This document shows positions 6,869-14,796 of a stretch of 61,538 nucleotides of DNA, in pieces; position 1 is the stretch's first letter; each line of letters starts with the position of its first letter. The stretch is from an uncultured Chthoniobacter sp. Its GTDB lineage: Bacteria > Verrucomicrobiota > Verrucomicrobiia > Chthoniobacterales > Chthoniobacteraceae. The notes beneath the pieces are model-generated. The model had not been told where the DNA came from. It made no database searches and worked only from the letters and a program-made list of their open reading frames with translations. The stretch spans positions 1-61,538 of the forward strand of contig CAYQBV010000001.1 in assembly GCA_964415705.1 (NCBI GenBank), written 5' to 3'. Made by a program: the position numbers and the translations under genes.

Positions 6869-7543
6869 TTAGAACGGCGGTTCAGCCGTGTAGGTTTCCT
6901 CACCGTGGAACGCCAGATCCAGCGCTTCAGTCAGTTCCGGCGTCGGGGTGGCATACACCGCCGCAAGCTCGCCCTCCGCCGCAAGCTCGCCCTCCGCCGC
7001 AAGCGCCCGCGTCTGCCAGTAGTCGCGCTCAGCCATGACACCGGGCAGCGCCGGATCCTGCATGGCCAGCGCGCCAGCCCGTGCCGCCGCCAGTTCCGCT
7101 TGCAGGCGTTCGCACTGGCCCTTGACCGCATCCAGCTTGCACGCCGCTGCCAGGTCCGCCGCCTCGCGATCCTCGCGTGCCTGACGCGCATCCCGTTCAA
7201 GCGTCGCCATCCGGTCGCACGCCTCGCCGTCGTCCTTGCTCCATTCCTTCTTTTGCCGCAGCGTCTTGGCAGCCACGGCCAGCGCCGCATCACGCTCAAG
7301 CGCCGTCGTGTCGCCTTCCGGGGCCGGGACCACGGCCAACCCGTGCACCTGAACGCCCGCCAGCTTCGCAAGCTGCCGTTCCGCTTCCGGCGCCATCGCA
7401 GCCGCCCAGAATGCCAGCCCGCCATCCTCAGACTCCCGCGCCCGCTTCTGAACTGCCTTGCTCGCGGTCAGGAACCCCAGAAGCAGGGCCTTGTACTCGC
7501 CCCGCCCGGTTTCCTTGTCTTTTTTGCCGTCGTAGCCTGCCAT
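6869..7543 (-). CDS. Coiled-coil hypothetical protein with an 18-bp in-frame tandem duplication (6958-7004)
   Basis: SD GGAGG; Ala/Glu/Arg-rich; AAEGEL repeated twice. Confidence 0.75.
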   Translation of the reverse strand: MAGYDGKKDKETGRGEYKALLLGFLTASKAVQKRARESEDGGLAFWAAAMAPEAERQLAKLAGVQVHGLAVVPAPEGDTTALERDAALAVAAKTLRQKKEWSKDDGEACDRMATLERDARQAREDREAADLAAACKLDAVKGQCERLQAELAAARAGALAMQDPALPGVMAERDYWQTRALAAEGELAAEGELAAVYATPTPELTEALDLAFHGEETYTAEPPF

Positions 7544-7558
7544 TTCACCCTCCGATTG

Positions 7559-7575
7559 CCGCGTTGTCGTCGCGG
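7559..7575 (-). promoter_or_regulatory. NCGACA-loop hairpin 15 nt upstream of the start codon (copy 3)
   Basis: CCGCG-ACGACAA-CGCGG then CAATCGGAGGGTGAA-ATG. Confidence 0.6.
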
Positions 7576-7588
7576 GTTGTCGCACCGT

Positions 7589-7639
7589 TGGCCAGCGTGG
7601 CAGGGCTTGCACCTGCCGGCGGGCTCATGCCCTGCGCCG
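7589..7639 (-). ncRNA. Second mini tRNA-like element
   Basis: CGGCGCA-GGGC(ATGA)GCCC-GCCG-GCAGG-TGCAAGC-CCTGC-CACGCTG-G-CCA; acceptor stem 5/7 paired; begins 4 nt after the upstream stop. Confidence 0.5.
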
Positions 7640-7643
7640 TCGT

Positions 7644-8099
7644 CTACCAGTACCGGTTGAACGTCCCCCGCGGCAGTCCGCTTGCCCGCCGCGCTTCACC
7701 CCACGTCAAGCCAGCCGCCCGCAGTTCCGCCACCATCGCCCGCTTGCCGTCACACTCCGCCGTCACGTCCGCGGCCGTCCGCACCACGCGGACCGGAACC
7801 GGCCCCAGGTCGCACCCCAGGCAAGCCATCCGCCGCGACTCGTACAGCTCCGCCGCCATGGCCAGCGCCGCCGCCAGCCCCATCCCCCGCGACACCGCCC
7901 ACGCCCCCAGGCTGACAGGGGTCTCCGGCAACGCCTCGCCTCGATTCAGCGCCGCCGCTTCATCGTGCGACACCTTGCGCCCCTGGTAGTGCGTCACGGT
8001 CTCCCGCGCCGGTTTCCGCGCCGGCAGTGGACGCGGGGCCGGTTCCAGGGGCCGGCGCGACCCCATGCCGTACCGGACCGCCCCGCCGTCCGCGCTCAT
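7644..8099 (-). CDS. Hypothetical protein with C-terminal HTH
   Basis: LRAAGLTWGEARRASGLPRGTF. Confidence 0.65.
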   Translation of the reverse strand: MSADGGAVRYGMGSRRPLEPAPRPLPARKPARETVTHYQGRKVSHDEAAALNRGEALPETPVSLGAWAVSRGMGLAAALAMAAELYESRRMACLGCDLGPVPVRVVRTAADVTAECDGKRAMVAELRAAGLTWGEARRASGLPRGTFNRYW

Positions 8100-8344
8100 C
8101 GCAACCCCCGCGGGATGGCCTTGCGGATCGCCGTCGCAAGGTCCGCATCCGACGCCTGCCGGTCGCCGTCGTCCACGGCACGGGTCGCCGTCCACGCTCC
8201 GCCCCGCACGTCGGGGTCACGCTCCAAGATAAGGCACGGGTCGCCGTCCACGATGAAGCACGGCAACCCGTTCAGGTCTCCCGCCAGTTCGTATCCCAGC
8301 CGCGCGGCAGTCTCGCACGCCTCCCGATGGTCGCGCGGGCTCAC
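8096..8344 (-). CDS. Hypothetical protein
   Basis: GTGA and ATGA coupling with neighbours. Confidence 0.6.
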   Translation of the reverse strand: MSPRDHREACETAARLGYELAGDLNGLPCFIVDGDPCLILERDPDVRGGAWTATRAVDDGDRQASDADLATAIRKAIPRGLR

Positions 8345-8481
8345 GACCGCACCCGCCGCGCCGTCGCCGCACCTTCCAGCGCCCGCGCCGTCACGTCCGC
8401 CAGCGATGCCGCGTACCACTGCCCGCGCCGACGCAGCCTCGCCGCGTGCTGCCGCCACTGTGTAGCCGTCCCGGTTTCCAT
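8341..8481 (-). CDS. Small hypothetical protein
   Basis: SD GGAGG with the same GGAGGGTGAAATG context as the start at 7543. Confidence 0.6.
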   Translation of the reverse strand: METGTATQWRQHAARLRRRGQWYAASLADVTARALEGAATARRVRS

Positions 8482-8496
8482 TTCACCCTCCGTTGT

Positions 8497-8514
8497 GCGC
8501 CGTGTCGTCGGCGC
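8497..8514 (-). promoter_or_regulatory. NCGACA-loop hairpin 15 nt upstream of the start codon (copy 4)
   Basis: GCGCCG-ACGACA-CGGCGC then ACAACGGAGGGTGAA-ATG. Confidence 0.65.
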
Positions 8515-8582
8515 GGTTTCAGGCATCCTCGCCCGTGCCAGCGTCGCAACCGTAGCTGCGGCGCTGGACCGGGAGGCGGAGG

Positions 8583-8855
8583 CTAGGCGGTGTGGAGTAC
8601 CGCACCGTCGGGGGTCTCGCGGTAAAGCCAACCCTTCGGCAAGCTCGCCTCGACGGCCGCATAGCCACCCTTGCGCCGCAGGGCGCGGCAAAGGCCATGC
8701 ACGGCGCGGGAGTAGCCCGCGGCTTCCGCCTGCAAGCCCGCGACCTGCCCCGCTTCCGTGTGCATGATCATAAGGTTGTGCAGCGCGTGCCGAAACGCAT
8801 CGGAATCCGGCGGGAAACGCAACCCCGTCACAAGGTCCAAAATCTCAGCTTGCAT
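8583..8855 (-). CDS. Hypothetical protein
   Basis: SD GGGGAG before MQAEILDL. Confidence 0.7.
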   Translation of the reverse strand: MQAEILDLVTGLRFPPDSDAFRHALHNLMIMHTEAGQVAGLQAEAAGYSRAVHGLCRALRRKGGYAAVEASLPKGWLYRETPDGAVLHTA

Positions 8856-8871
8856 GGCTTGAACTCCCCTC

Positions 8872-8889
8872 GCAGCGTGTCGGCGCCGC
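8872..8889 (-). promoter_or_regulatory. NCGACA-loop hairpin 16 nt upstream of the start codon (copy 5)
   Basis: GCGGCG-CCGACA-CGCTGC (one G-U pair) then GAGGGGAGTTCAAGCC-ATG. Confidence 0.6.
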
Positions 8890-9006
8890 TTCCATCGCCC
8901 GTCCGTGGGCTTCCCGCTGGCATCCTTGCAGCCTGCTACGGTGCCGGGCTCCCTGCCCTGCACTGCCAGCCCCACTGCCGCGGGGGCCGTTGTCGCGGGT
9001 CTCAGT

Positions 9007-9279
9007 TCAGCCGCAGATCGCCACGTGACCGCCAGCCGCCACACTGCGCCGGAACAGGTCCGCGTCCTCACTCCACAATCCAGCGACGTCCACCGCATCG
9101 GAATCCGCCTCCAACCGGACCCCCTCAGTGGACCGGATCGCCAGGGTGCCAGGGTCGAACGTGACCCACGCCATGCCAACCGCGTACAACCGCGACGGCA
9201 TGGTGTCTGCGAAGGTGGCCAGCGCGTGCCCTTGTCCGCCGCGCTCATCCCAAACCGGGGGCATCCTTTCCAGCTTCAT
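9007..9279 (-). CDS. Hypothetical protein, first gene of the leftward arm
   Basis: SD AGGAG; shares the GGAGTTCAAG context with the start at 8855. Confidence 0.65.
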   Translation of the reverse strand: MKLERMPPVWDERGGQGHALATFADTMPSRLYAVGMAWVTFDPGTLAIRSTEGVRLEADSDAVDVAGLWSEDADLFRRSVAAGGHVAICG

Positions 9280-9395
9280 CTTGAACTCCTACGCTGGCAC
9301 CGTGGCCAGCCGCTTGCGTTACAGGCTGGCCAACCGTGGCCAATCCCTACGCTGTCTGGCGTCGCACTCAGCGTCGCCACCATGCCAAACCGTTG

Positions 9396-9412
9396 TGCAG
9401 ATACCGTGCCAA
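9396..9412 (-). promoter_or_regulatory. sigma54 (RpoN)-type -24/-12 promoter
   Basis: TTGGCAC-GGTAT-CTGCA against consensus TGGCAC-N5-TTGCW; points into the leftward arm. Confidence 0.6.
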
Positions 9413-9496
9413 GTGCCGCGCTATTCACGCATGCCGTTGAATCCACTGCGAATCATGCCGGACGACACCCTAAGCTGGACTGGCGGATTATCTGTC

Positions 9497-9540
9497 CACT
9501 GTGCCATTATGCGACACTGCACTGTGCCATTATGCGACAC
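9497..9540 (+). repeat. Tandem 21-bp repeat CACTGTGCCATTATGCGACAC (period 23); candidate activator (UAS) sites
   Basis: Two perfect copies, each containing TGT-N11-ACA, 85-130 bp upstream of the sigma54 element. Confidence 0.7.
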
Positions 9541-10344
9541 CCGAGACACTTACGGTCATGCTGGCGCTGCAAACTGCGGGTTGCACTGACTGGAACGGTG
9601 GGCAGTGCGGTGGGCAGTGCCGTAAACCGTCGCAGTCTCGCTGGCTTGCGCGCCAACTCTCGCGCGTCCGAAACATGCCGGAAACAATCCAGGCGCAGGA
9701 CAGGCACCGGACGCAACCCACGACGCACGCTCAAACCTGACCGATCGGTCAGCTTTATGTAGTGGATGATGGGTGACGCCTCAACCTTAGGTAACCGTTG
9801 GGCTTGTCGCGTGCGCGGTGAAGCTGCCGGCCCCGACGTCGACACCGCAGCGCCAAGCGGAACGTCGGGGCAGCGGGACCGCGCCGCAACGTAACGCACT
9901 ACATCACCTATGCTGTCACAACTACCGATCGTCCTTACGCATCCCAGCAACCGAAGCCCAAGCGCAACCCCTCGCAGACCGCACACACCGAACGTTGTGT
10001 GCGCTGGCCTAGCCTCAGACGTGCCTAGCCTGGGCTTGACCGTAGCAGGCTTGGCGTTCGGGCTTGGGCTTGGCCGTGGTCCCCCTGGTTTGTGGTCGGC
10101 GGACGGGGGTCGAGTTTCGTTTTCGCGTGTAAGGCCGCATGAAGATTATCCCTATTCAGGTACCCCACCCGTTCTGAGGCAGTGGGAGTCCCGGCGGCGG
10201 AGGGGGTCTCGATGGGGGCACCGGGGTCGGGGGTGGTGGGAGTCCCGGAGGTGGCACGGGGTCTTGAGGCGTGAGAGTCCCGTTGCCGGAGAGGCTGGAA
10301 CTGGCAGTACGATTCGGGAGGTCTGTATCGCCGAGGTGTCATCG

Positions 10345-10781
10345 GGAAGTGACAACAATGGCTGGAAGTGACAAGGAAGTGACAAGGAAGTGACAACGAT
10401 GAAACCGCAGTTTTGTAGTGATTGCCGTTATATACCTATCACAAGTGACAACAGTGACAACAAAACACTACACGGGGGGAAAAGAGGAAAAAGTGTCGAG
10501 GCCTTTACCGCTACCGAATAGCTTTCGCAAACGGGAGAGGGCGAGGCAGTGGTGTTTTTTTCGGCTCCGTATAGGCATTTGTTGTCACTGTTGTCACTTC
10601 CATGGGCGTTCAGGCTTATGTTTCAGGTGGTTGTTTGTAGTGACAAGGTAGTGACATGCGGGAACGCCGCAGCATTGCTTTTGGTTGCAATACAGACACA
10701 CGTTCCTTGTAGTTTCGCGTGCTTGTGTTGCTTTTGCGAGGATTTGCGGGAAGTGACAAGGCTTGTCCCTGTTGTCACTTC
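10345..10781. other. Putative replication origin with GTGACA(A) iterons
   Basis: About 12 copies in both orientations: GGAAGTGACAA four times at 10345-10396 and a perfect 21-bp inverted pair at 10443-10463/10579-10599. The region is AT-richer and lies next to the helicase and primase genes. Confidence 0.75.
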
Positions 10782-10842
10782 GCTTCAATGCGTAGTGTTG
10801 TCCATCGTTATGCGACTGGCTTGCGACTGGCTTGCGGCGGTG

Positions 10843-10871
10843 TTGACACGGCAGCGTAAGCGTGGCACAAC
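10843..10871 (+). promoter_or_regulatory. Putative promoter of the replication operon
   Basis: TTGACA-17 nt-CACAAC; the -10 is weak. Confidence 0.45.
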
Positions 10872-10875
10872 ACGG

Positions 10876-11030
10876 GTGCCGGGTTAGTAGCCGGCGTGCT
10901 CCAGAGGTTTCGTGTTCGTCTCCTCCGCCCACATCGCCAGTCGGCTGTTGCGTTCGCCCTCGCGTCCGCGCCCGGCAACCTCTCCGGTCTACTACCGGTC
11001 GGCTGGCGGCGTGGGCCGGGGAGGCGAGCA
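10876..11030 (+). ncRNA. Structured leader that occludes the helicase RBS, with antisense-like internal complementarity
   Basis: Long stem from 10913-10948 pairs with 10996-11030 and covers GGGGAGG. Upstream TAGTAG-CCGG and AGAGGTT are complementary to AACCTCT-CCGG-T-CTACTA in its loop. Confidence 0.6.
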
Positions 11031-12343
11031 TGGCTTTAGGTTCTAGCTACGTTGCCCGTTCGGCCGGCGACGACCCGTGGATCGACTGGCCGGTCAAGTT
11101 GGCCAGCAAGAACAAGAAGTCGGCCCCGCCGTCGCGTGTCCATCGGGAGAACACGGCGGCGCTCTTGGATGCCTATGGCATCGAGGTGCGCTGGAACCTG
11201 ATGCGCCACACCCTGGAGATCACGATTCCGGGGTTTGAGCGTGAGGCAGAGCGGCAGGAGAACGACAACCTGGCGTGCCTGCTGGAACTCGCCCAGCGCC
11301 GCGGTTTGTCGGCAGAGAACACTGTTCGACACTTGCGGCTCTTGGCGCAGTCCTACCATCCGGTGCGCGACTGGATTGAGGCGGCGGCATGGGACGGGCA
11401 AGACCGGTTGCCTGAGTTGCTGGCGACGATCGAGTTGGACCCGTGCGCCGACCCGGAACTCTGCGGTTTGCTGGTCACGCGCTGGCTGATCTCGTGCGCC
11501 AGGGCGGTGCTGCCGTCCGAGCCGGGAGGCCGCAAGTTTGCTCCGCAGGGCGTTCTCACCCTGCAAGGCGACCAAGGCATCGGGAAGACGGAGTGGTTCA
11601 AGTCGCTGGCACCGCCCGACAACGAGTGGCTTTCGGTCGGTCGGGTCGTGGACCCGCACAACCGCGACTCGGTGCAGCAGGCGACCTCGTTCTGGATCGT
11701 GGAGTTGGGCGAACTGGACGCCACGTTCAAGCGCGCCGACGTCGTGGCGCTGAAGGCCTTTGTCACCCAGGACACCGACGTGTACCGCTCGGCGTTTGCC
11801 ACCCGCGAGGAGCGTACCCCGCGCCGCACAGTTCTCGGCGCGTCGGTCAACCCGAAGTCGTTTCTGGTCGACGAGACCGGCAACCGGCGCTGGTGGGTGG
11901 TTGCCGTCAAGTCTCTGGACTGGAAGCACAAAGTAGACGTGCAACAACTGTGGGCGCAGGTCATGGTGATGGCCAAGCGTGGCGACCCTTGGTGGCTTGA
12001 CCCTGGGGAGACGACGGCTCTAAGCGCGTCGAACCGCGACTTTGAAGTGCCCGACCCGCTTGTGGAAGACCTGTGGGGCGCGTGGCGTCCGGTGCCTGTG
12101 GTTGAGGTTGGAGCGCCTGGCCCGCGCGTGACGTTGGCGGAAATCTGGGCGGCGCTGCCGGGAAGGTGTGAGCGGCCGCGCTCTCGTGGCGATGCGAACA
12201 CGCTGGTTCGTGCTCTTCGAGAGGCCGGCGTGGAATCGGCAACCAAGACAGACGGCTTCAAGACCTACCGGGTGGTCAAGAAGTTGCCGATTACGGATCG
12301 CGGAGACTACGGCAAGTCCTGGCACGCAAAGGACAGCCTGTGA
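11030..12343 (+). CDS. VirE/VapE-family P-loop helicase
   Basis: YHPVRDWI, LQGDQGIGKT (Walker A), WIVELGELD (Walker B), YRSAF, FLVDETGNRRW. Confidence 0.92.
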   Translation: MALGSSYVARSAGDDPWIDWPVKLASKNKKSAPPSRVHRENTAALLDAYGIEVRWNLMRHTLEITIPGFEREAERQENDNLACLLELAQRRGLSAENTVRHLRLLAQSYHPVRDWIEAAAWDGQDRLPELLATIELDPCADPELCGLLVTRWLISCARAVLPSEPGGRKFAPQGVLTLQGDQGIGKTEWFKSLAPPDNEWLSVGRVVDPHNRDSVQQATSFWIVELGELDATFKRADVVALKAFVTQDTDVYRSAFATREERTPRRTVLGASVNPKSFLVDETGNRRWWVVAVKSLDWKHKVDVQQLWAQVMVMAKRGDPWWLDPGETTALSASNRDFEVPDPLVEDLWGAWRPVPVVEVGAPGPRVTLAEIWAALPGRCERPRSRGDANTLVRALREAGVESATKTDGFKTYRVVKKLPITDRGDYGKSWHAKDSL

Positions 12344-12381
12344 CCGGGGCGCGGCTGCGCGTATGCGAACGGAGGTGTGTG

Positions 12382-12966
12382 ATGCTGGTGGACATCGTGA
12401 CCTACAAGGGCGGTCGGGAGACGATCCCGGTCGACGCGAACGGTGTGGGGGCGTTTGGCAAGAGCGGCGACCCGAGACGCGACGGGATCGATGCCGCCAA
12501 GGCGTGGTTGTCCGCGAACACGGTGGCGCGGGAGACCCCGGACATGCGATGCGACAGCTATGGGCTGAAGCACGTCATGGAGTCGGACACGGGGCTGTAC
12601 GTTGGCAACGGTGCCTTCATCGTCGCCGCAGCGGAACTCGGAATCTGCATGAAGTTCCCGGACCGTGGCCCGAACGTGCATCTCTGCGTTCAACCCACCA
12701 CTAACGCCGCGCGTCGGTTCTGGTACGACCCGCCCAAGGGCAGTCAGCCTAGACGTACCTGGGGGCGCAGGCCAAAGGACACCGCCGAAGCCAAGATTCG
12801 GCGCATGGAGACAAGCGGCCAACTCGACCCGAAGTGCGCTGAGTGCGCCGCCGACTACCAGAATTTGCGCGCTGGGCGACCCTTGACGTTCAAGCCAAGT
12901 CACAAGCCGTCGCCAGGTTGCCGTTCTGGCGGGGGCACCCACTGCTCCTGCGACGGCTGCTTCTGA
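12382..12966 (+). CDS. Hypothetical protein with an SYGLKH...YVGNGAFI motif
   Basis: SD GGAGG; motif recalled from replication-linked phage proteins; Cys-rich tail. Confidence 0.7.
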   Translation: MLVDIVTYKGGRETIPVDANGVGAFGKSGDPRRDGIDAAKAWLSANTVARETPDMRCDSYGLKHVMESDTGLYVGNGAFIVAAAELGICMKFPDRGPNVHLCVQPTTNAARRFWYDPPKGSQPRRTWGRRPKDTAEAKIRRMETSGQLDPKCAECAADYQNLRAGRPLTFKPSHKPSPGCRSGGGTHCSCDGCF

Positions 12967-12974
12967 GGCCAGCC

Positions 12975-13910
12975 ATGATCCCCGACCTGACCGCCGCCAG
13001 CCAGTACATCCGCGCCCTGACCGGCAGTGCCGCAACACCCAGCACGTTCCAAGTGTTCGACGACAACCAGGAGCCCGGCCACGAAAAGAACCACTACGCG
13101 GCCCGCATCATTCACGGCAGTCTGGCGGAGCGATGGCGGCTGTTGGTTGACCTGAACGCTGATCGCCGCGGCATCTTCTGCACCGTGAACGAGACCGACT
13201 TCAAGGGCCGCTGCGCGCACAACGTGGTGCGCGTGAGGGCTTTGTTCGTCGACTGCGACGGCATCATGCCGTCGTCGTGGCATTTGCTGCCGAGCATGGT
13301 GGTGCGGAGCGCCCACGGACCGCACGCCTACTGGTTCGTCGACGACTGCCCGTTGGACCGCTTCACCGGGTTTCAGAAACGTCTGGTTCAGCACTACGGT
13401 TCCGACCCGAAGCCGGTTGATTTGCCTCGCGTTCTGCGGCTGCCGGGGTTCTGGCACCAGAAGCACGCACCGTTCCAGGTCGAGTTGCTGGAGGTCACTG
13501 GCATTCGCTACACGACAGCGCAAGTGCTGGCCGGCATCGCTGAACTGCCAGCCCCGCCGCCGCGCCAGCCGGTGCCGTACCGTCCGGGCGGCATGGACGG
13601 GGCGCGCGGGGCGCCGGACTTCCGCGCCATCGACGTCGTGGGCGTGTTCCGCGACGCCGGGATGCTCGGCCGCGAGATCAAGCCGGGGAAGTGGACGGTC
13701 GTCTGCCCGTTCGTGAACGAGCACAGCCACGCGGACCTGAGTGGCATGGGGTCTGCGACGGTGGTGTTCGAGGGGCGGTTCAACGCGGACGGCCAGGCGA
13801 CGTTCTACTGCTCGCACGCGCACTGCACGGGTCGCGTCCTGTACGCGGCGATGCGGCAGATGGGCGCTGAGATCCCGCGGGTGCAGCGGCGGCAGGAGGT
13901 GAGGACGTGA
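12975..13910 (+). CDS. RepB-type (AEP superfamily) DNA primase with C-terminal Zn-binding domain
   Basis: RALFVDCD, VRS..GPHAYW, D....DLPRVLRLPGF, CP....H...C.H.HC. Confidence 0.88.
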   Translation: MIPDLTAASQYIRALTGSAATPSTFQVFDDNQEPGHEKNHYAARIIHGSLAERWRLLVDLNADRRGIFCTVNETDFKGRCAHNVVRVRALFVDCDGIMPSSWHLLPSMVVRSAHGPHAYWFVDDCPLDRFTGFQKRLVQHYGSDPKPVDLPRVLRLPGFWHQKHAPFQVELLEVTGIRYTTAQVLAGIAELPAPPPRQPVPYRPGGMDGARGAPDFRAIDVVGVFRDAGMLGREIKPGKWTVVCPFVNEHSHADLSGMGSATVVFEGRFNADGQATFYCSHAHCTGRVLYAAMRQMGAEIPRVQRRQEVRT

Positions 13911-14389
13911 GCCCAGCCGACGGCCAGACCAGACAGTTCCCGGCCCTGTCAAGCGAGCGTCAAGGGTGGCGCGACCCTGCCATCGCCGCCCTGCGCGCCG
14001 CCTACGACACCGTGCCCGTGACCGGCCACCGGACGCGCGACTCGTGGTGCATCGCGGTCGGCCAGGTCGTCGGTCGCACCGGTCGGGCCGTCCGCGCCCG
14101 CCTCATCCTGCTCGGCCTGCCGCTGAAACGAGACGAGAGCGCGCTGAGCATTTGCCGGGACTGCGGCCTGTACCGGCATCCGGCGTGGCACCGGACGGAG
14201 CGGCGCTGGCGTCCGCGCTGCAAGTGCCAGCCGCCGGAGCCGGCGCGAGAGCAGAAGGTCGTGATTGCGCGGTTGTCGGTGGCAGAGCATGGGCTTGTGC
14301 GACGACACGCGAGGCAAGCCGGGCTGTCGGCGTCGGAATGGGTCCGGCGCGCGGTGGCGACGGCGTTGGCGAGTGAGAGAGGCAAGTGA
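13907..14389 (+). CDS. DNA-binding protein with C-terminal ribbon-helix-helix-like domain
   Basis: VIARLSVAEH..VRRHARQAGLSASEWVRRAV; CxxC motif. Confidence 0.6.
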   Translation: MSPADGQTRQFPALSSERQGWRDPAIAALRAAYDTVPVTGHRTRDSWCIAVGQVVGRTGRAVRARLILLGLPLKRDESALSICRDCGLYRHPAWHRTERRWRPRCKCQPPEPAREQKVVIARLSVAEHGLVRRHARQAGLSASEWVRRAVATALASERGK

Positions 14390-14796
14390 TGCTGATGTAC
14401 TGCAAGGGGTTGAAGGTTCCGTGTCCGGGCATCGTGGAGTTCAAGTTCCACTGCGACGACTGCGAAGAACACGCCGCGCTGGACGACGGCGAGGCGCTGA
14501 CGTGCAAGCCGTCCAAGCGCCGCAAGGTCACGCTGGACGGGCTGATGTCGGAGTTCCCGTCGGGCGAGGTCGTCAGCGAGACGTGGAAGCGGCAGGACGC
14601 GCACACGGTCAGCTACGACGTGACGCTCGCGGTCGGCTTCGACGACGGCGACCCGAGCCACATGGACGTGCTGCGGCGTGTCGTGACCGGGAAGTTGACG
14701 GGCGAACTGCTGATGCGGGACGTCCCGGATGCGCAGGCGCTGCTGGATCTGCGTGAGGCCGTGCGGAAGGGTGAGTTGAAGGTCGTCAGCCACTGA
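14386..14796 (+). CDS. Hypothetical protein
   Basis: Coupled start and stop codons with both neighbours; Cys-rich N-terminus. Confidence 0.7.
   Translation: MMLMYCKGLKVPCPGIVEFKFHCDDCEEHAALDDGEALTCKPSKRRKVTLDGLMSEFPSGEVVSETWKRQDAHTVSYDVTLAVGFDDGDPSHMDVLRRVVTGKLTGELLMRDVPDAQALLDLREAVRKGELKVVSH

Noticed and set aside
6958-7004. 18-bp tandem repeat as a regulatory element
   Set aside because: An in-frame duplication (AAEGEL) inside a coiled-coil gene with no frame effect.
9497-10781. CRISPR mini-array
   Set aside because: The repeats are 11-21 bp, adjacent or irregularly spaced and in both orientations, with no unique spacers of constant length and no cas genes.
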